Program-made: the position numbers and the translations under genes
Part shown: positions 39,501 through 52,139 of the stretch, one piece after another
How the letters are laid out: each line of letters begins with the position of its first letter
Numbering within the stretch: the stretch's first letter is position 1
Notes under the pieces: generated by a model
The model's input: only the letters and a program-made list of their open reading frames with translations
Databases searched by the model: none
Told to the model about the DNA's origin: nothing
Source of the DNA: Octopus sinensis
Lineage: Eukaryota
Assembly: GCF_006345805.1 (NCBI RefSeq)
Contig: NW_021833061.1
Span: 1 to 64,000, forward strand
DNA length: 64,000 bases
Direction of reading: 5' to 3'

Positions 39501-40199
39501 CTCCCCTTTAATTGTACGCGTTTTTTATCTGTTTTTCATGCGCATCATTGTTAGTAATATGTCACATGCGCTGAGCGTTACCGAGCGCTACCCGAATGGA
39601 CTTCGAAAAAAATCAAGAAAAAATACTTGAAATTTTATTTTTCAAATAATATACTTAACGCCTGTGACATAATGAAAACAATAAATATCAAGGTGAGATT
39701 CCATAGATGGGTAAACTAAAAGATCAAAATTATCAAGTGCTGTCTGATAGGACAACAAGTCCGTATCACAAATTTCAGCTCCAGCGTTACCTATTTTCAA
39801 ATTCCTTGAGTCTAGGCATCCAATATCGATATTTGCTGATTATGGCACATTCGTTTGGTGGAGGCGAGAATAATATCCATACTTTAGTTTGGAGAAGACT
39901 GCCCTATTTCTAACTTATGAAATATTTGAAAAAAGCTTCCAGGGATAATTATGCTAAAAAATCAGAAAACGTGCACACGGTAGTAATGTTCTGTTGTATT
40001 TGTATTGTAGTCGATGTGCTGACTTCGATATAAGGAGTCAGTAAGACTGATGCCAAACTCTAATTAATTTCTTTAATCACTTGGAGGGGATTCCTTAGGC
40101 TAGCGTGAAAAAACTCAGTTTGTGTAAAAAGTTGAGCCCCACAAAACTAGCCAGATTCCTGCTCGTGTGCCTTCCACAGTCCTGTGGCGCAATGACTTA

Positions 40200-40600
40200 A
40201 AGATCCTCGGCGGTCATTTCTGATTGGCATTATCGGGCATTTCTCCAACCAGATAATACGACAAACTCCTCCCTACGCTACACTTCTAAACATGCCCCAC
40301 TAGACCATCAGGAATACTTGAATTGATCTCAAACCTGACACATACACGAAGACTCCTGATCAGGATTCCCAAAGCTGCCCGTATATCTGTCGCGGACTGT
40401 CTATGTGAGTGCATTGAAAGGGCTGTTTCTTCGGACGACTCTGAGGATTGGTTACGACTATTTTGCTTCGCTCCATTCACTATGCATACCCCATAGGAGT
40501 GGGAAATGTTGTTTATTCTTACATTGTGTATTCCAAGGCTCTCCAAAGTATCAAATTCCAAGGCTCTCCATGTTTGTCGAAAATTGTCGCGTAGTTTTGA
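40200..40600 (+). mobile_element. CRE N-terminal fragment
   Basis: ELISNL..IRIPKAARISVADCL...WLRLFCFAP matches 41170-41340. Confidence 0.7.
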
Positions 40601-40857
40601 TCTATGTTAAATCACACCATGTCTGAACTAAAGATGACTGGGAACTGTCTCAAAACAAGCCGTTTTTTGCTTATGTTCGATGAACGTTTTTCTTCGCAGC
40701 CTCATTTTAGGGTATTGAAAGAGTTATTGACCCAGGTTAAATTTGTATTTTGATTTTAAAATTGTTTTTTATCCTGCATATCATTCTAAAGTCAACCCTT
40801 TTTCACACACATATTTTTGTTTGTCTTCGACAAGGATAGGATTTAGTTCAGAAATTA

Positions 40858-43800
40858 TTAAATTTTGGCTTCTTGTGGTGAGGTGAGTGAGCGAAATATA
40901 ATGAAAGAAGAAGACTCCAAGACGATGGAAACTCTTCGGATAGTTGGGAGGGATCCCTCTATCTGTTATGGGTGTAATAAGATCAACACCAGGAAATGTG
41001 GCGTTTACTGTTCAATATGTAATAAATTCTGGCATATTAGCTGCGCGCACCTTACCAAAGCCGCAGTGAAATTACTCCGGCGCTGGAGCTGCCACTGTTG
41101 TATGGCTTTACTCGGAACCGCGGCTTCGCAGCATCAGTCTCCTTCGCTTCATGAACCCAAATCAGAACACTATATTCTCAAAATTTCCAACTTACGGAAA
41201 TCTAAGAAGATACCATTACGTATCCCTAAACAGGCTCGGATCTCAGCGGCAAACTGCTTGTGCGATCTTATCACTGATGCGCTAAGCTCCGGGGGGGACC
41301 ATTCTTGGATCCGTCTCCTCTCTTTTGCACCTTGTGTGTTTGGACAAGCAATTGATGGTTCAGTACAAAAGAAGAGTCTCTCGGCTGCCATTAAGTCGAA
41401 CTCTGCGAGATTGGATGTCTCATGGATTGATTTCGATTGTGAAGCGACCAATTTCCAAACGTGCATCACGGAAAAATCCCCCCAGTGGTTCAAAACCCAA
41501 GTTAGTCGTAAACTCATGGATGGCGACATCCGTGCGGCAGTTCGGGTCCTTTCGTCCGCTGATTCACTTGCTGAATCTACTGCCGAGACTTTGGAACACC
41601 TCAAAAACAAACATCCGATGCCCCCAGATGACTTACGGGAGTTTCCCACACGAGACAATGCAATTATACTGTCAATTTCTGATGATGAAATTTTGGAAGG
41701 GATTAAATCTTTCAGACCGAGTAGCAGTGGGGGATTTGATGGTCTCCGGCCGAGTCATATAAAGGACATGATTTCCCGATTGACTATGGAGACTGGAATC
41801 CGCCTGATCAAGTGTATTACCAAGCTTGTCGAACGGATTGTCAATGCTGAGATTTCAGGCTTTGCAAGGGATCTACTTTTCTGTTCACACCTTATTGCTT
41901 TCCGAAAGAACGATGGAGGAGTCCGCCCCATTGCAGTCGGTAATGTCTTCCGGAGGCTCGCATGCAAAATTGCAGCCCGAAGAGTCTGTCCCCGTGTTGC
42001 CGCTGAATTATCTCCAGTCCAACGGGAGTTGGTGTTTCCAACGGATGTGAAGCTGCTGTCCACGCGACAAGAGCTTTTTTTTCACCTGACACAAGACATT
42101 CCCCAAATTCCTTTGCGGTGAAGCTGGATATCTCAAACGCGTTCAACAGTCTGAGAAGGGACTGTATGCTGGAATCGTGCTCGCAGCGTACCCCAGAGAT
42201 CATGAGTCTGGCTCACCTTGCTTACGGGTCCGAAAGTTCGCTTGTCTTTGACAAACACATTGTCCGTTCACGGACTGGAGTCCAACAAGGTGACCCTCTT
42301 GGGCCCTTACTATTCGCTCTGTCAATCGACGAGGTGGCTCGTAATGTAAAGACACCTCTCAACCTTTGGTACCTTGACGATGCCACTATTGGTGGCCCTG
42401 TTGATGTCGTCTTGGATGAGTTATATAAAATTGTTCCTGCCCTGGCAAAAATGGGGCTGATAATCAACACCAAAAAAACTGAGATCATAAATATCTCAGT
42501 CCCAATTCAAGACTTTGGCTTAGTAATGGAAAAGATTTCAGAAATCTTGCCAGACACAAAACAAACACGCCTCAACGATGTTTATTTTCTTGGGTGTCCT
42601 TTCGGAGAGTCCGAAGTGCAAAACCACCTCAGAGCTAAGAGTGTCGAAATGTCCCGTTTTACTGAACGCCCCTCTCTCTACTCGACTCCCACACGGCCTT
42701 TTTCTCCTCAAAAATTGCATCCACGTGCCCAAACTGTTATATTTATTGAGATGCTCGCCCTGCTTTATACAAGATGAAATATTGCATTCTATCGATGATA
42801 CGTTAAGATTGTGTGCCGAGTGGATCCTAAATGTCCGTTTCGATAATGATGGGTGGACCCAGTGTAAACTACCTCTTAATTCTGGCGGAGCTGGCCTAAG
42901 ATCCGCCCTGGACCTTGCCCTCCCAGCTTTCCTGTCCTCTCACTCATCCTGCCGAAGGCTATCCTTGGAGATTCTACATAAATCCCCCGAATCTTCTTTG
43001 GACAGGCCTTTTGAAGATGGATGTATGCTGTGGAAGGAATCAGGATTAAAATTCCCGATCCAAACATCACTCCAACAGAGCTGGGACAAACGTTACGCTG
43101 CGAATGCACCGCAGACAACCTGGCAATGAGGCTCGACCACCCCGCCTCGCCTGCTTACGCTCTGCAGCTGTGCCACACAGTGGGTCATGGCTGAATGCTA
43201 TGCCAATTGCTGGCCTCGGAACATTATTAGAGGATGACTGCATGCGTATCGGTACTGCACTGAGACTCGGACTTGACATCTGCGAACAACATCGTTGTAG
43301 ATGTGGAAAAATGGTTGACGTCAAAGGTGTACACCCACTCTCTTGCAAACGAAGTGCTGGCCGAGCTCCTCGGCACTCCGCTATTAACAATGTTATCTTA
43401 AGAGCTCTTGAGTCGGCGGGCTTCCCCTCGATCCTAGAGCCAGTGGCTTAGATCGTGGAGATGGGAAAAGACCCGATGGAATGACCACTTTTCCCTACTC
43501 CTGTGGAAAATCGTTGGTTTGGGATTCAACGTGTGTTGACACCCATTCCAAAACTAATATGATCTCTTCTGCTGTTTCTCCAGGTTCTGCAGCAGATGCT
43601 GCAGAGCAAAGAAAAATTGCCAAATACGCAAATCTTGGACAACGGTACCGCTTCGTACCTATCGCTGTGGAGACTTCTGGGGTAACCGGCCCTCTTACGA
43701 CTTCTTTCATCAGAGAAGTCGGAGGAAAAGTTGCTAGGCGACGTGGGGAGCCTCGAGAAGTGTCATGGTTATTCCAACAAATTGGAATAGCTGTCGTTCG

Positions 43801-43894
43801 CGGCAATGCACACTCCATCATGCGTGCAACCGCAAGTGCCTTTTAATCATTGACTAACTTATTTCAATAATAAAAAAAAAAAAAAAAAAAAAAT
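40858..43894 (+). mobile_element. Near full-length CRE-clade retrotransposon: PHD finger - RT - zinc finger - RLE, poly(A)
   Basis: TSD TTCAGAAATTA (40847-40857, 43895-43905); AATAA plus long A tail. Five ORF pieces joined by 1-nt shifts; RT motifs QGDPLGPLLF and YLDD; RPDG endonuclease. Confidence 0.93.
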
Positions 43895-44593
43895 TTCAGA
43901 AATTACCAAATCATAGATGAAAAACGCTCAGTTTGGCCAAAATTAGTCATTTCTAATATTGCATGTTGCAGGTCTGTGTTTTGTTCTAAATCCGATAAAG
44001 ATTCTCGCGGGTAATTTTAGGAGGAGCGTGCTTTACAGTAACCATGAATATGTGTCTTCCAACAAAGTGAGGAGTTTTGTAATATTTAACATTGGAAAAT
44101 TCTCCGCAAACAAGTCGAAATGAAAGTTAAGGAGAGACTGGCCAGTAAACAAAAACCCAAATGTCACGGTTTGGCACACATTAGTGATCCAGTTGATGCT
44201 ATTTTTAAATATACAAGTTTTTTACATTTTCTGTGTCCCGTTTATGGCTGCAGGTTTAAGAGGTTAGCAGGTTAACTAACATCAGTTTTTTCTCCAACTG
44301 TTCTCTTGGAAAATGAAAGCATTTTTTAGTTTTTCCTTTATTTGTCTGTATGAATTTGTCATGTATAGAGAACACAACTCTCACTCTAAACCAGGGGTTC
44401 TCAACCTTTTTAGCTCAAGGGCCAAATCGATAATTAAGATTAGCTTCGCGGGCCGCACAAAAAATATTTTATATATTTTTATATTTTCCAAGCCGGTAAC
44501 TCGCTTGCAATCCGAAGTGCAGCCACTGCTGATGCGTAATGAGTTTTTGGACTCTGTTTTTTCTTTTTTTAATTTCCATTTCCTTATAAAGAA

Positions 44594-45170
44594 CTAGCTC
44601 GGCAGCTCGCTTCGCTCACCGCGACCTAGCTCCTGCGGAGGGCCTGTTTCATCAAACAACTATAAGTTTATGTAGATGTATAAAACTACCTGGTTTAATG
44701 TAACCCTATTCTATCGCCTGTTGATAAACGATGTTTGTCGTCCGTCCTTCTTGGCATATATGAATAAATTTTCTCTTCTGCCTACCCTCGAGCATCCCAC
44801 ATACAGCTGTCCATGTGAAAAGCACTCACTCTCTAAAAATAACCCAACTACCTTTAATGACTGTCCCTGGGCCTTGTTTATTGTCATCGCAAAACTCATC
44901 CTCAAAGGAAATTGCAGCCTTTTAAATCTAAATGGTAATTCATCAGAAATTATCGGAATTCGTGGAATATAAACGTCCTCACACTATACTTACCTGTTAA
45001 TATCGTCGCCTCTATTACGTTAGCCATCAAATTTTTGATAACTAAACTCGTTCCGTGCATAATTTAGGTGGCGCAAGATTTCGTAATAAAACCACTGGAA
45101 CGCCTATCTTTAACTTTAAAAGATGATTCGGCATTCCAGAGGGATCTAAGAGTTTAAAAATTCAATCCGG
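44594..45170 (-). mobile_element. Helitron PIF1-helicase C-terminus and 3' terminus
   Basis: [29 protein letters not shown]; GC-rich subterminal sequence ending CTAG|T at 44594-44597. Confidence 0.9.
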
Positions 45171-45366
45171 TTGAATTTTTAGAAAATAACAAAAAAAAAT
45201 AAAAAAACAAATAAAAATAAATAATTTAAAAACAAAAAAATAAAAAAACAAAAAAAACTTAGCAGCAGCCAAAAAAGCGACACACAAAAAAGATTTAATT
45301 AATTACCTTAAGCTGACCGTTTTTTCTTCAGCCTCGTTTCCTCCTTCGGTTATCTATTTAAAAAAT

Positions 45367-46220
45367 TATTGGTACTTTTGTCGAAGTGGTCGCAGTTTTT
45401 TTAGAAGATAATTAAAATTAATTAATTTTTTTAGTAAAAATAGATTATTTAATTTATAACCCTCTATCATAATTTAAATGGTTATTAAAATTATTTAAAA
45501 ATTTATTTAACCAATTTAGAGTCTTTTTAGTACGCGACATCCAAATTCCAGACTGTAGAAGGATTTATGTTTTTTACAATCTGTGCAAAAGATTCCTTAT
45601 AGTTCTGTATTTGTTTTCGCCACATAAATTCTGAAAAATAACTAACTAAAAAAACCTGCGAAATAAGATCCCAGCATGAGTCTTACAGCTCCTCTTTGAG
45701 CTTTATTCTTGCATTTTGCACTTCCCCACATTCGTTCTACTGTCTGGGTGTGCACTCCCGTCGTTGGATCCACAAAGAATTTTCTGAATATATTATATTT
45801 CCTTACTTATGGTTAACTTTCGTGTGGTGTAGCCGTTTTCAACCAATTGATCAGTTGAATACCCTAATGTTAATCAATAATGCTAACCTTTCCAGCAGTC
45901 ACTATAAATAATGCTTCCCACCTCGACATATCGAATACTATACTGAGCAGTGTTTCTCTGCTCCTATCCGCGACTGGTTGCAGAAAACACTGTTGGTGGC
46001 TCGACAAATACCACCACAGAATTTTCCATGTGACCTATAGTGCCAGTTATATCATATTAGGTACATGCTCGCCATAATATTAAAAAAATTAGACAATAAA
46101 TTAGTAAAAAATTAATAATATTTTAAATTATTGATAGAGCGACTTAAATAAAATATAATATATTCCCCCTCAAAAATTATTAGATTTTTTAAAAACTTAA
46201 AAAAACTGCGACACTTCGAC
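45367..46220 (-). mobile_element. Merlin (IS1595/ISXO2-type) transposon remnant
   Basis: GGICRAT..DRSRETL..GSIIYSDCWKGY..VNH..FVDPTTGVHTQTVERMWG; inverted ends GTCGAAGTGGTCGCAGTTTTT / AAAAACTGCGACACTTCGAC. Confidence 0.85.
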
Positions 46221-46310
46221 TTCTATCTTTACGAAAAACTTCTTTTCTAAGGTCGTCTTCCCTCCTTCGGTTATCTATTAAAAAAATTATTTTTGAATCC
46301 TAAAAAGTTT

Positions 46311-48942
46311 TTATGCCTTGGGATTGCCTTACAACTGCAAATCCGACTGCTCCTTATCCTCATTAGTCAAGCATAATATCTCCAGTTTCCTGAACTCTTC
46401 CTCCTGTGACCTCTTCCTATCGGAGATTATTACCGACAACTGTCCATCCACTTCTTCCAACATAACTGATTCTTGCCGTGAGGAGTCCAATTCGGCTCCT
46501 GACTCAGGCGCTTACCTCGGCCACCGTATCATGGCCAAGCTAATGGAAGGCGACGTACGCGCTGCGCTGAGGGTACTGGCATCCAACGGGGGAGTTCTGG
46601 AATCCTCACCTGGTGTGGTCAACACCCTTAGAAACAAACATCCATCGAGCCCATCCGATCTCCGACCTTTTCCATCCACCAATTCAATTCCACTTGGCCC
46701 GGCTCTTAGCTTCGAAGCTGTGTGCCAGGCCATAAACTCATTTTCGCCAAGCAGTAGCGGAGGATTGGACGGTCTCCGTCCCAGTCATCTTCGCAACCTA
46801 ATCTCGAGCCAAATCGGTGAATCGGGCAGGCGGCTTGTCAATGTCGTAAATTCTCTTATAAACCAAATGCTTGCTGCTGACATCCCCCCCTTCGCTCGCA
46901 ATCTCTTGTTCTCGGCCAATCTTCTTCCCTTTTCGAAAAAGGATGGTGGAGTCCGCCCAATCGCGGTTGGCAATGTCTTTCGTCGGTTGGCGTCCAAGAT
47001 TGCCTGCTGGTCTGTTTCTCCCGACCTGAGCAAAAACTTCGTCCCCACTCAAGTCGGAGTCGGAGTCCCTTCGGTTGTGAGGCGGCTGTCCACGCGCCAG
47101 GCGGTATCTCTCTACAGCAACACCGAACAGAGTCCTTGTCAAACTGGATATTTCTAACGCTTTCAACAGCGTCCGACGTGATTCCTTATTAGATGCTTGC
47201 TTGATGGACACCGAGTCCATCAATTTACCGTTATGTTGATCTGTCCTACGGTTCCCCCAGTTCTTTGATTTGTGGTTCTTCAGCCATCTCTTCTGAAAAC
47301 GGAGTCCAACAGGGGGACCCTCTTGGCCCTCTCCTGTTCTCTCTTGCTATTGACAGTGCCGTTAAAGCATGCCAGTCCGAGTTCAACGTCTGGTATCTGG
47401 ACGATGCCACCATCGGGGGCCCCGCATGCTCAATCCTCGAAGATCTGAACAATATAATCCCCGCACTTTTTTCCCTTGGCCTGTCTATAAACCCTTCGAA
47501 ATCTGAGATTTTTAACAACTCTTATGATCCCAATTATTTTAACACATCTATCTATCCATTATTTAATTCGCTTCTCCCTAATATCAAGGCTGTTACATCC
47601 TCTGATCTTATTGTCCTTGGCTCCCCAATCTTTTCCTCGGCTATCCCTCCTTCCTGGAGCTTAAGCTCACAAAAATACAAGAATCTATAGCCACACTTAA
47701 AACAGTCGACGCACATGCTGCCTTCTTCCTGATCAAAAATTCCTTGCTTTCCCCCGGTTACAATTTTTCTTACAGTCCGCCCCTTGTCACCGCCATCATT
47801 GTGCTCTTCAGCACTTCGATCTTTTGCTAAGAAACTCAATTTCGGCTAATACTAATGTCAATTTTGATGATGCCGGGTGGCAACAAGCGATCCTGCCAGT
47901 CCGTCACGGCGGACTAGGTCTGCAAGCTCTTCTGTTTTGGCTCTCCCTTTTACCTTTCTTCGTCATACCGCTGTAGTCCGCTTGTCCTTAGGATTCTTTC
48001 TCCCCATTCCGAATCCGTTCTGGACCAAGAGCTTTCTCATGGTATCGAAGTTTGGTCTTCCCGTGGCTTCGACATTCCTTGCTATCCCTGCTATACAAAG
48101 GCGTGGACGGAAACAATGTTTCTTCAGTTATACAATTCGCTATTATCCTCCTGTGATCAACACCGGCGCGCTTGTCTTTTGGCCGCATCCTCCGAATGGA
48201 GTGGCGCTTGGCTCAACGCATACCCTTCCGGAAATACGGGAACCCTGCTGGACCCAAAAGTGTGCAGATTGGCATTTCTCTTAGACTTGGTCTGGACATC
48301 TGCTTTCCACACACTTGCCGCTGTGGTTCTGTCGTAGATCGGAAAGGTCTCCATCCACTTTCCTGTCGCAAAAGCCCTGGCCGGATTCCCAGGCATTCTG
48401 AATTAAATTCCGTAGTAAAACATGCACTTGAAGCAGCCGGATTTCCCTGTCAGCTGGAGCCTCCTGGCCTTCTAAGGGAGGATGGAAGAGAGACCTGACG
48501 GGGTCTCACTCTTTCCCTACAAGAACGGGAAAGCAATTGTCTGGGATGCGACATGCTCTGATACTTTCGCATCATCATGTCTTTCCTTGTCGGCGGTCGG
48601 GCTGGCTCAGCAGCCAAGAGGGGGAGAGACGAAGAAGGCATCTAAGTACGCCTCCCTGATGGACCGTTTCATCTTCGAACCGGTGTCAGTGGAAACTTCC
48701 GGTGTACTTGGCCCGTCTACTCTCCGTTTCCTCTCGAAGATCGGAAGGTCATTGGGAAGGGCGAGGAACGACCCCCGTGAACTGATGTGGCTTTTTGAGC
48801 GCATCTCTCTCGCAGTTCTAAGGGGGAACTTTCCTCGATCCTCCTCTCGGCTGCGGTTCGCCTCTTTATTAGTGATTTCTTTACCTTATAAACTGTCATT
48901 TCCTAAAAAAAAAAAAATAATAAAAAAAAAAAAATAATAATA
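46311..48942 (+). mobile_element. CRE-clade retrotransposon, 5' truncated, frameshifted
   Basis: RT and RLE motifs as in the 40858 copy; poly(A)/(TAA) tail; probable TSD AAAAAGTTT. Confidence 0.9.
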
Positions 48943-49153
48943 AAAAAGTTTAGGAAAAGAGGCATACCGAAAATAAATTCTATCTTTACGAAAAACTTAA
49001 CTAAATAGTTAATATTTTTACGCAAATTCTCTGATTGCGCTGCAATTGGTTGTAAATTGTGTTAATGATTGTGCTAATGTGGTTTCAACTATCAAAGTGT
49101 TTTCAAAATTGTTAATTGCACACTCTATTCAAGGTCGTGCAATCTGTAATTGC

Positions 49154-50988
49154 TAGGGCAACCAATTGCAATTTTTTGCAATTAAATATAATTTAATTAA
49201 AATTCGATAAATAATAAAGTAATGAATAGACATTAATTTTAATATATTTTTTTCGATTTAAATTTGCAATTTTTTGCAATTTTTTGTAGTCATTTTACAA
49301 TTTTTTGCAATTTTTTTAAATTAAAAAAAAAATTTTTTTATTAAAAATAATATAATTATAAGTAAAAGATTATTAAAACGTGTTTTAGTTGTTTGTTGTA
49401 ATGGGTAAAAGGACAGTGTCACAGAAAATTTCATTTTATGCAAGAAATTCCCCGAGTTTGTTATTGACAGTGAAGGGAATTTATTTTGCTCCAATTGCTC
49501 AACTGTTGTACGGTGTGACACAAAATTTTTGTTGATGCGCACCGTTCTTCCAAAAAAACATTTAAAAGCACACAGTATTTCTTTGAATTTAAATTTATAG
49601 AATGGACAAATCATCTCAGAGTTCACAAACATTTCTTTCGGCGATAACGGATACTCGAAAGGATTGGGGGATCAAAGTAACACAAGCGTTTTTGGAGGCA
49701 AACATACCAATTTATAAAATCAGACATCCTTCCCTCATACGGCTTTTTGAGCAGGAAACATATCCTTTGCCATCTGAATCATCTTGCAGGTTAAATGTTA
49801 AAGAAATATCAAAATATAAAATTAATACCATTCAGACTCATTACTGTTGTTTTTTTTAAGTTATTCAATAGTGGGGAATGTGTTTTTTGTTGTGATGAAG
49901 CCCAAATCAATGGAACTCGTTTTTAATTACTTTGATTGGGAAAATCTCCACTCCAAAAAATCTTCATTTAGTATCGTGTACCAATCTATATTATCCGCCT
50001 ACTACTTCAACAATTTGTGTTGAGGTGGACAAAGTAATAAAGAAATTTTTCTATGAACGTGAAAATTTTATATTATTCGTTACAGATGGGGCGAGATATA
50101 TGACCAGTGGTATATATAAATAAATTTAATTTTAGCTGGGGCATCAATGAAATTGATATACCAAATCTTTTCCACGTGACTTGCGTGTCACATTTATTGC
50201 ACAACTGTGCTCTAAAGATTAAGGCATACTTCGCAGATGTTGATGAATTGATTTCGTCTATAAAGGCTGCCACAGTCAAAAACAAGAGACGTTTGAGATG
50301 TTTTCACGAATCGGAAATCCACCCGAAGTTGTGGTTACAAGATGGGGAAGCTGGCTAAAAGCAGCAAAATATTACTCCCAGAATCTTCCAGAAATTATTA
50401 AAATCGTATCTGAATTTGAAGGAGATGGAGTTTTAATACAAAATGTTTTAGTTTTTAATTATTTTAGGCAAAAAAATCAGTGAATAATCCTACGTTGTTT
50501 CAAGCTTAACCCAAATCAGTTCAAATTATTTGGGATTAATTGAAATGATTTCAAATACTGAATTGCTTGATTACTCCATTGCAACAGCTTATGGTGATCT
50601 AAACACCCTAGACTTTACATCAGATCCATGCGACATAAAATCCTATATATCAAAAAAGCTTGAGAAATCAGGAATACTAAGTATTCTTGAATTCTCAAAT
50701 AAGAATCTATCGCCAGAAGTTTATTCACATCTCAGAAAATGTAGCGCAAGTTCAGCATCTATCGAAAGGGCAATATCTCTTTTGACGAAAATTCTTAGTA
50801 AAGAGAGGAACTTTAAACCTGAAAATGTTCAGGAATATTTGATTTCCTATTACAATAAATAATTTCGTTAATTTTTTGCATAATGTAATGTTTACAATTA
50901 AAAAAAATTATTTTTGCAATTTTTTACAATTTTTAAAATTCATTTTTGCAATTTTTTTTTTATTAAAGTGCAATTTTTTGGTTGCCTA
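49154..50988 (+). mobile_element. hAT-superfamily transposon (CGGBP1-like transposase), both ends present
   Basis: TIR TAGG(G)CAACCAA; perfect 8-bp TSD GTAATTGC. Motifs: N-terminal LFCSNC, FLEANIP.YKI.HP, TDGARYM, HVTCVSHLLHNC, TRWGSWL, SASIER. TTGCAATT subterminal repeats. Confidence 0.9.
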
Positions 50989-51062
50989 GTAATTGCACAT
51001 TCTGTCAAAGTCAAATATTGATAATAGCTTTAATTTTGATTCATGGTCGATAATGATATATG

Positions 51063-51111
51063 AATGAATGAATGAATTTTTATTAAGAAAAGCGAAAAAA
51101 GAGGGGTAAGT
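51063..51111 (-). mobile_element. ~50-bp LINE tail ((ATTC)n) insertion
   Basis: Matches 59550-59607; direct repeat TAATGATATATG at 51051 and 51112. Confidence 0.75.
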
Positions 51112-51339
51112 TAATGATATATGCATTTAATTTTAAAGAGAAAATCATAGATGAATTGAATTTCTTATCGCGAATAATTGGGAGTTCATCATTGTTAAAA
51201 TATTATTATTCAAATGTTATATGTAATTAACCAATAGTTATTAACTAACTAAATTCCTGGCATCGTAAATGGAAACACAGTATCATTGTTAATATTCTCG
51301 CTGTCGTTTTCATCAAGGATATTCTTAATACGTGAGATT

Positions 51340-52128
51340 TTTGCCTCGAAGGTTTTAATGGACTCATCATGAATGTCGAGGACATTAACGTTGTTCATTT
51401 TAATCAAATGCAGAAAATAATTTTTGATTTTTGGCGGAAAGGTTTTAAGGACCTCATCATGTAAGTCGAGGACATCGTAGTTGTTCATTTTAACCAAAAT
51501 GCAGAAAATTTTTTTTTAATTTTTTTTGGGGGGAAGGTTTTAAGGACCTCATGATGTAAGTCGAGACATCGTAGTTGTTCATTTTAACCAAAATGCAGAA
51601 AATTTTTTTTTAATTTTTTTTTGGGGGGAAGGTTTTAAGGACCTCATCATGTAAGTCGAGGACATCGTAGTTGTTCATTTTAACCAAAATGCAGAAAATT
51701 TTTTTTTATTTTTTTTTGGGGGGAAGGTTTTAAGGACCTCGTCATGTAAGTCGAGGACATCGTAGTTGTTCATTTTAACCAAAATGCAGAAAATTTTTTT
51801 TTAATTTTTTTTTGGGGGGAAGGTTTTAAGGACCTCGTCATGTAGGTCGAGGACATCGTAGTTGTTCATTTTAACCAAAATGCAGCAGAAATTTTTTTTT
51901 TTAATTTTTTTTTGGGGGGAAGGTTTTAAGGACCTCATCATGTAAGTCGAGGACATCGTAGTTGTTCATTTTAACCAAAATGCAGAAAATTTTTTTTTTA
52001 TTTTTTTTTGGGGGGAAGGTTTTAAGGACCTCGTCATGTAAGTCGAGGACATCGTATTGCCTATTTGAAGTTGGTGTGCACACACAGACAGACAGACAGA
52101 CACACACCATACCATTTTATTATTAAGA
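51340..52128 (-). mobile_element. Helitron 5' end with ~93-bp tandem array (~7-8 units) and (CAGA)n
   Basis: Same unit and A|TCTTAATAATAAAATG terminus as 28390-28851. Confidence 0.75.
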
Positions 52129-52139
52129 TTACAAGCTAA

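Noticed and set aside
40865-43846. Programmed frameshifting in CRE, R4 and LINE ORFs
   Set aside because: Shift positions differ among copies and also hit host genes; sequencing error or decay is simpler.
51249-52110. ORFs MNNYDVLDLHDEVLKTFPPKK (also 28408-28668)
   Set aside because: Translations of the 93-bp repeat, broken by variable homopolymers.
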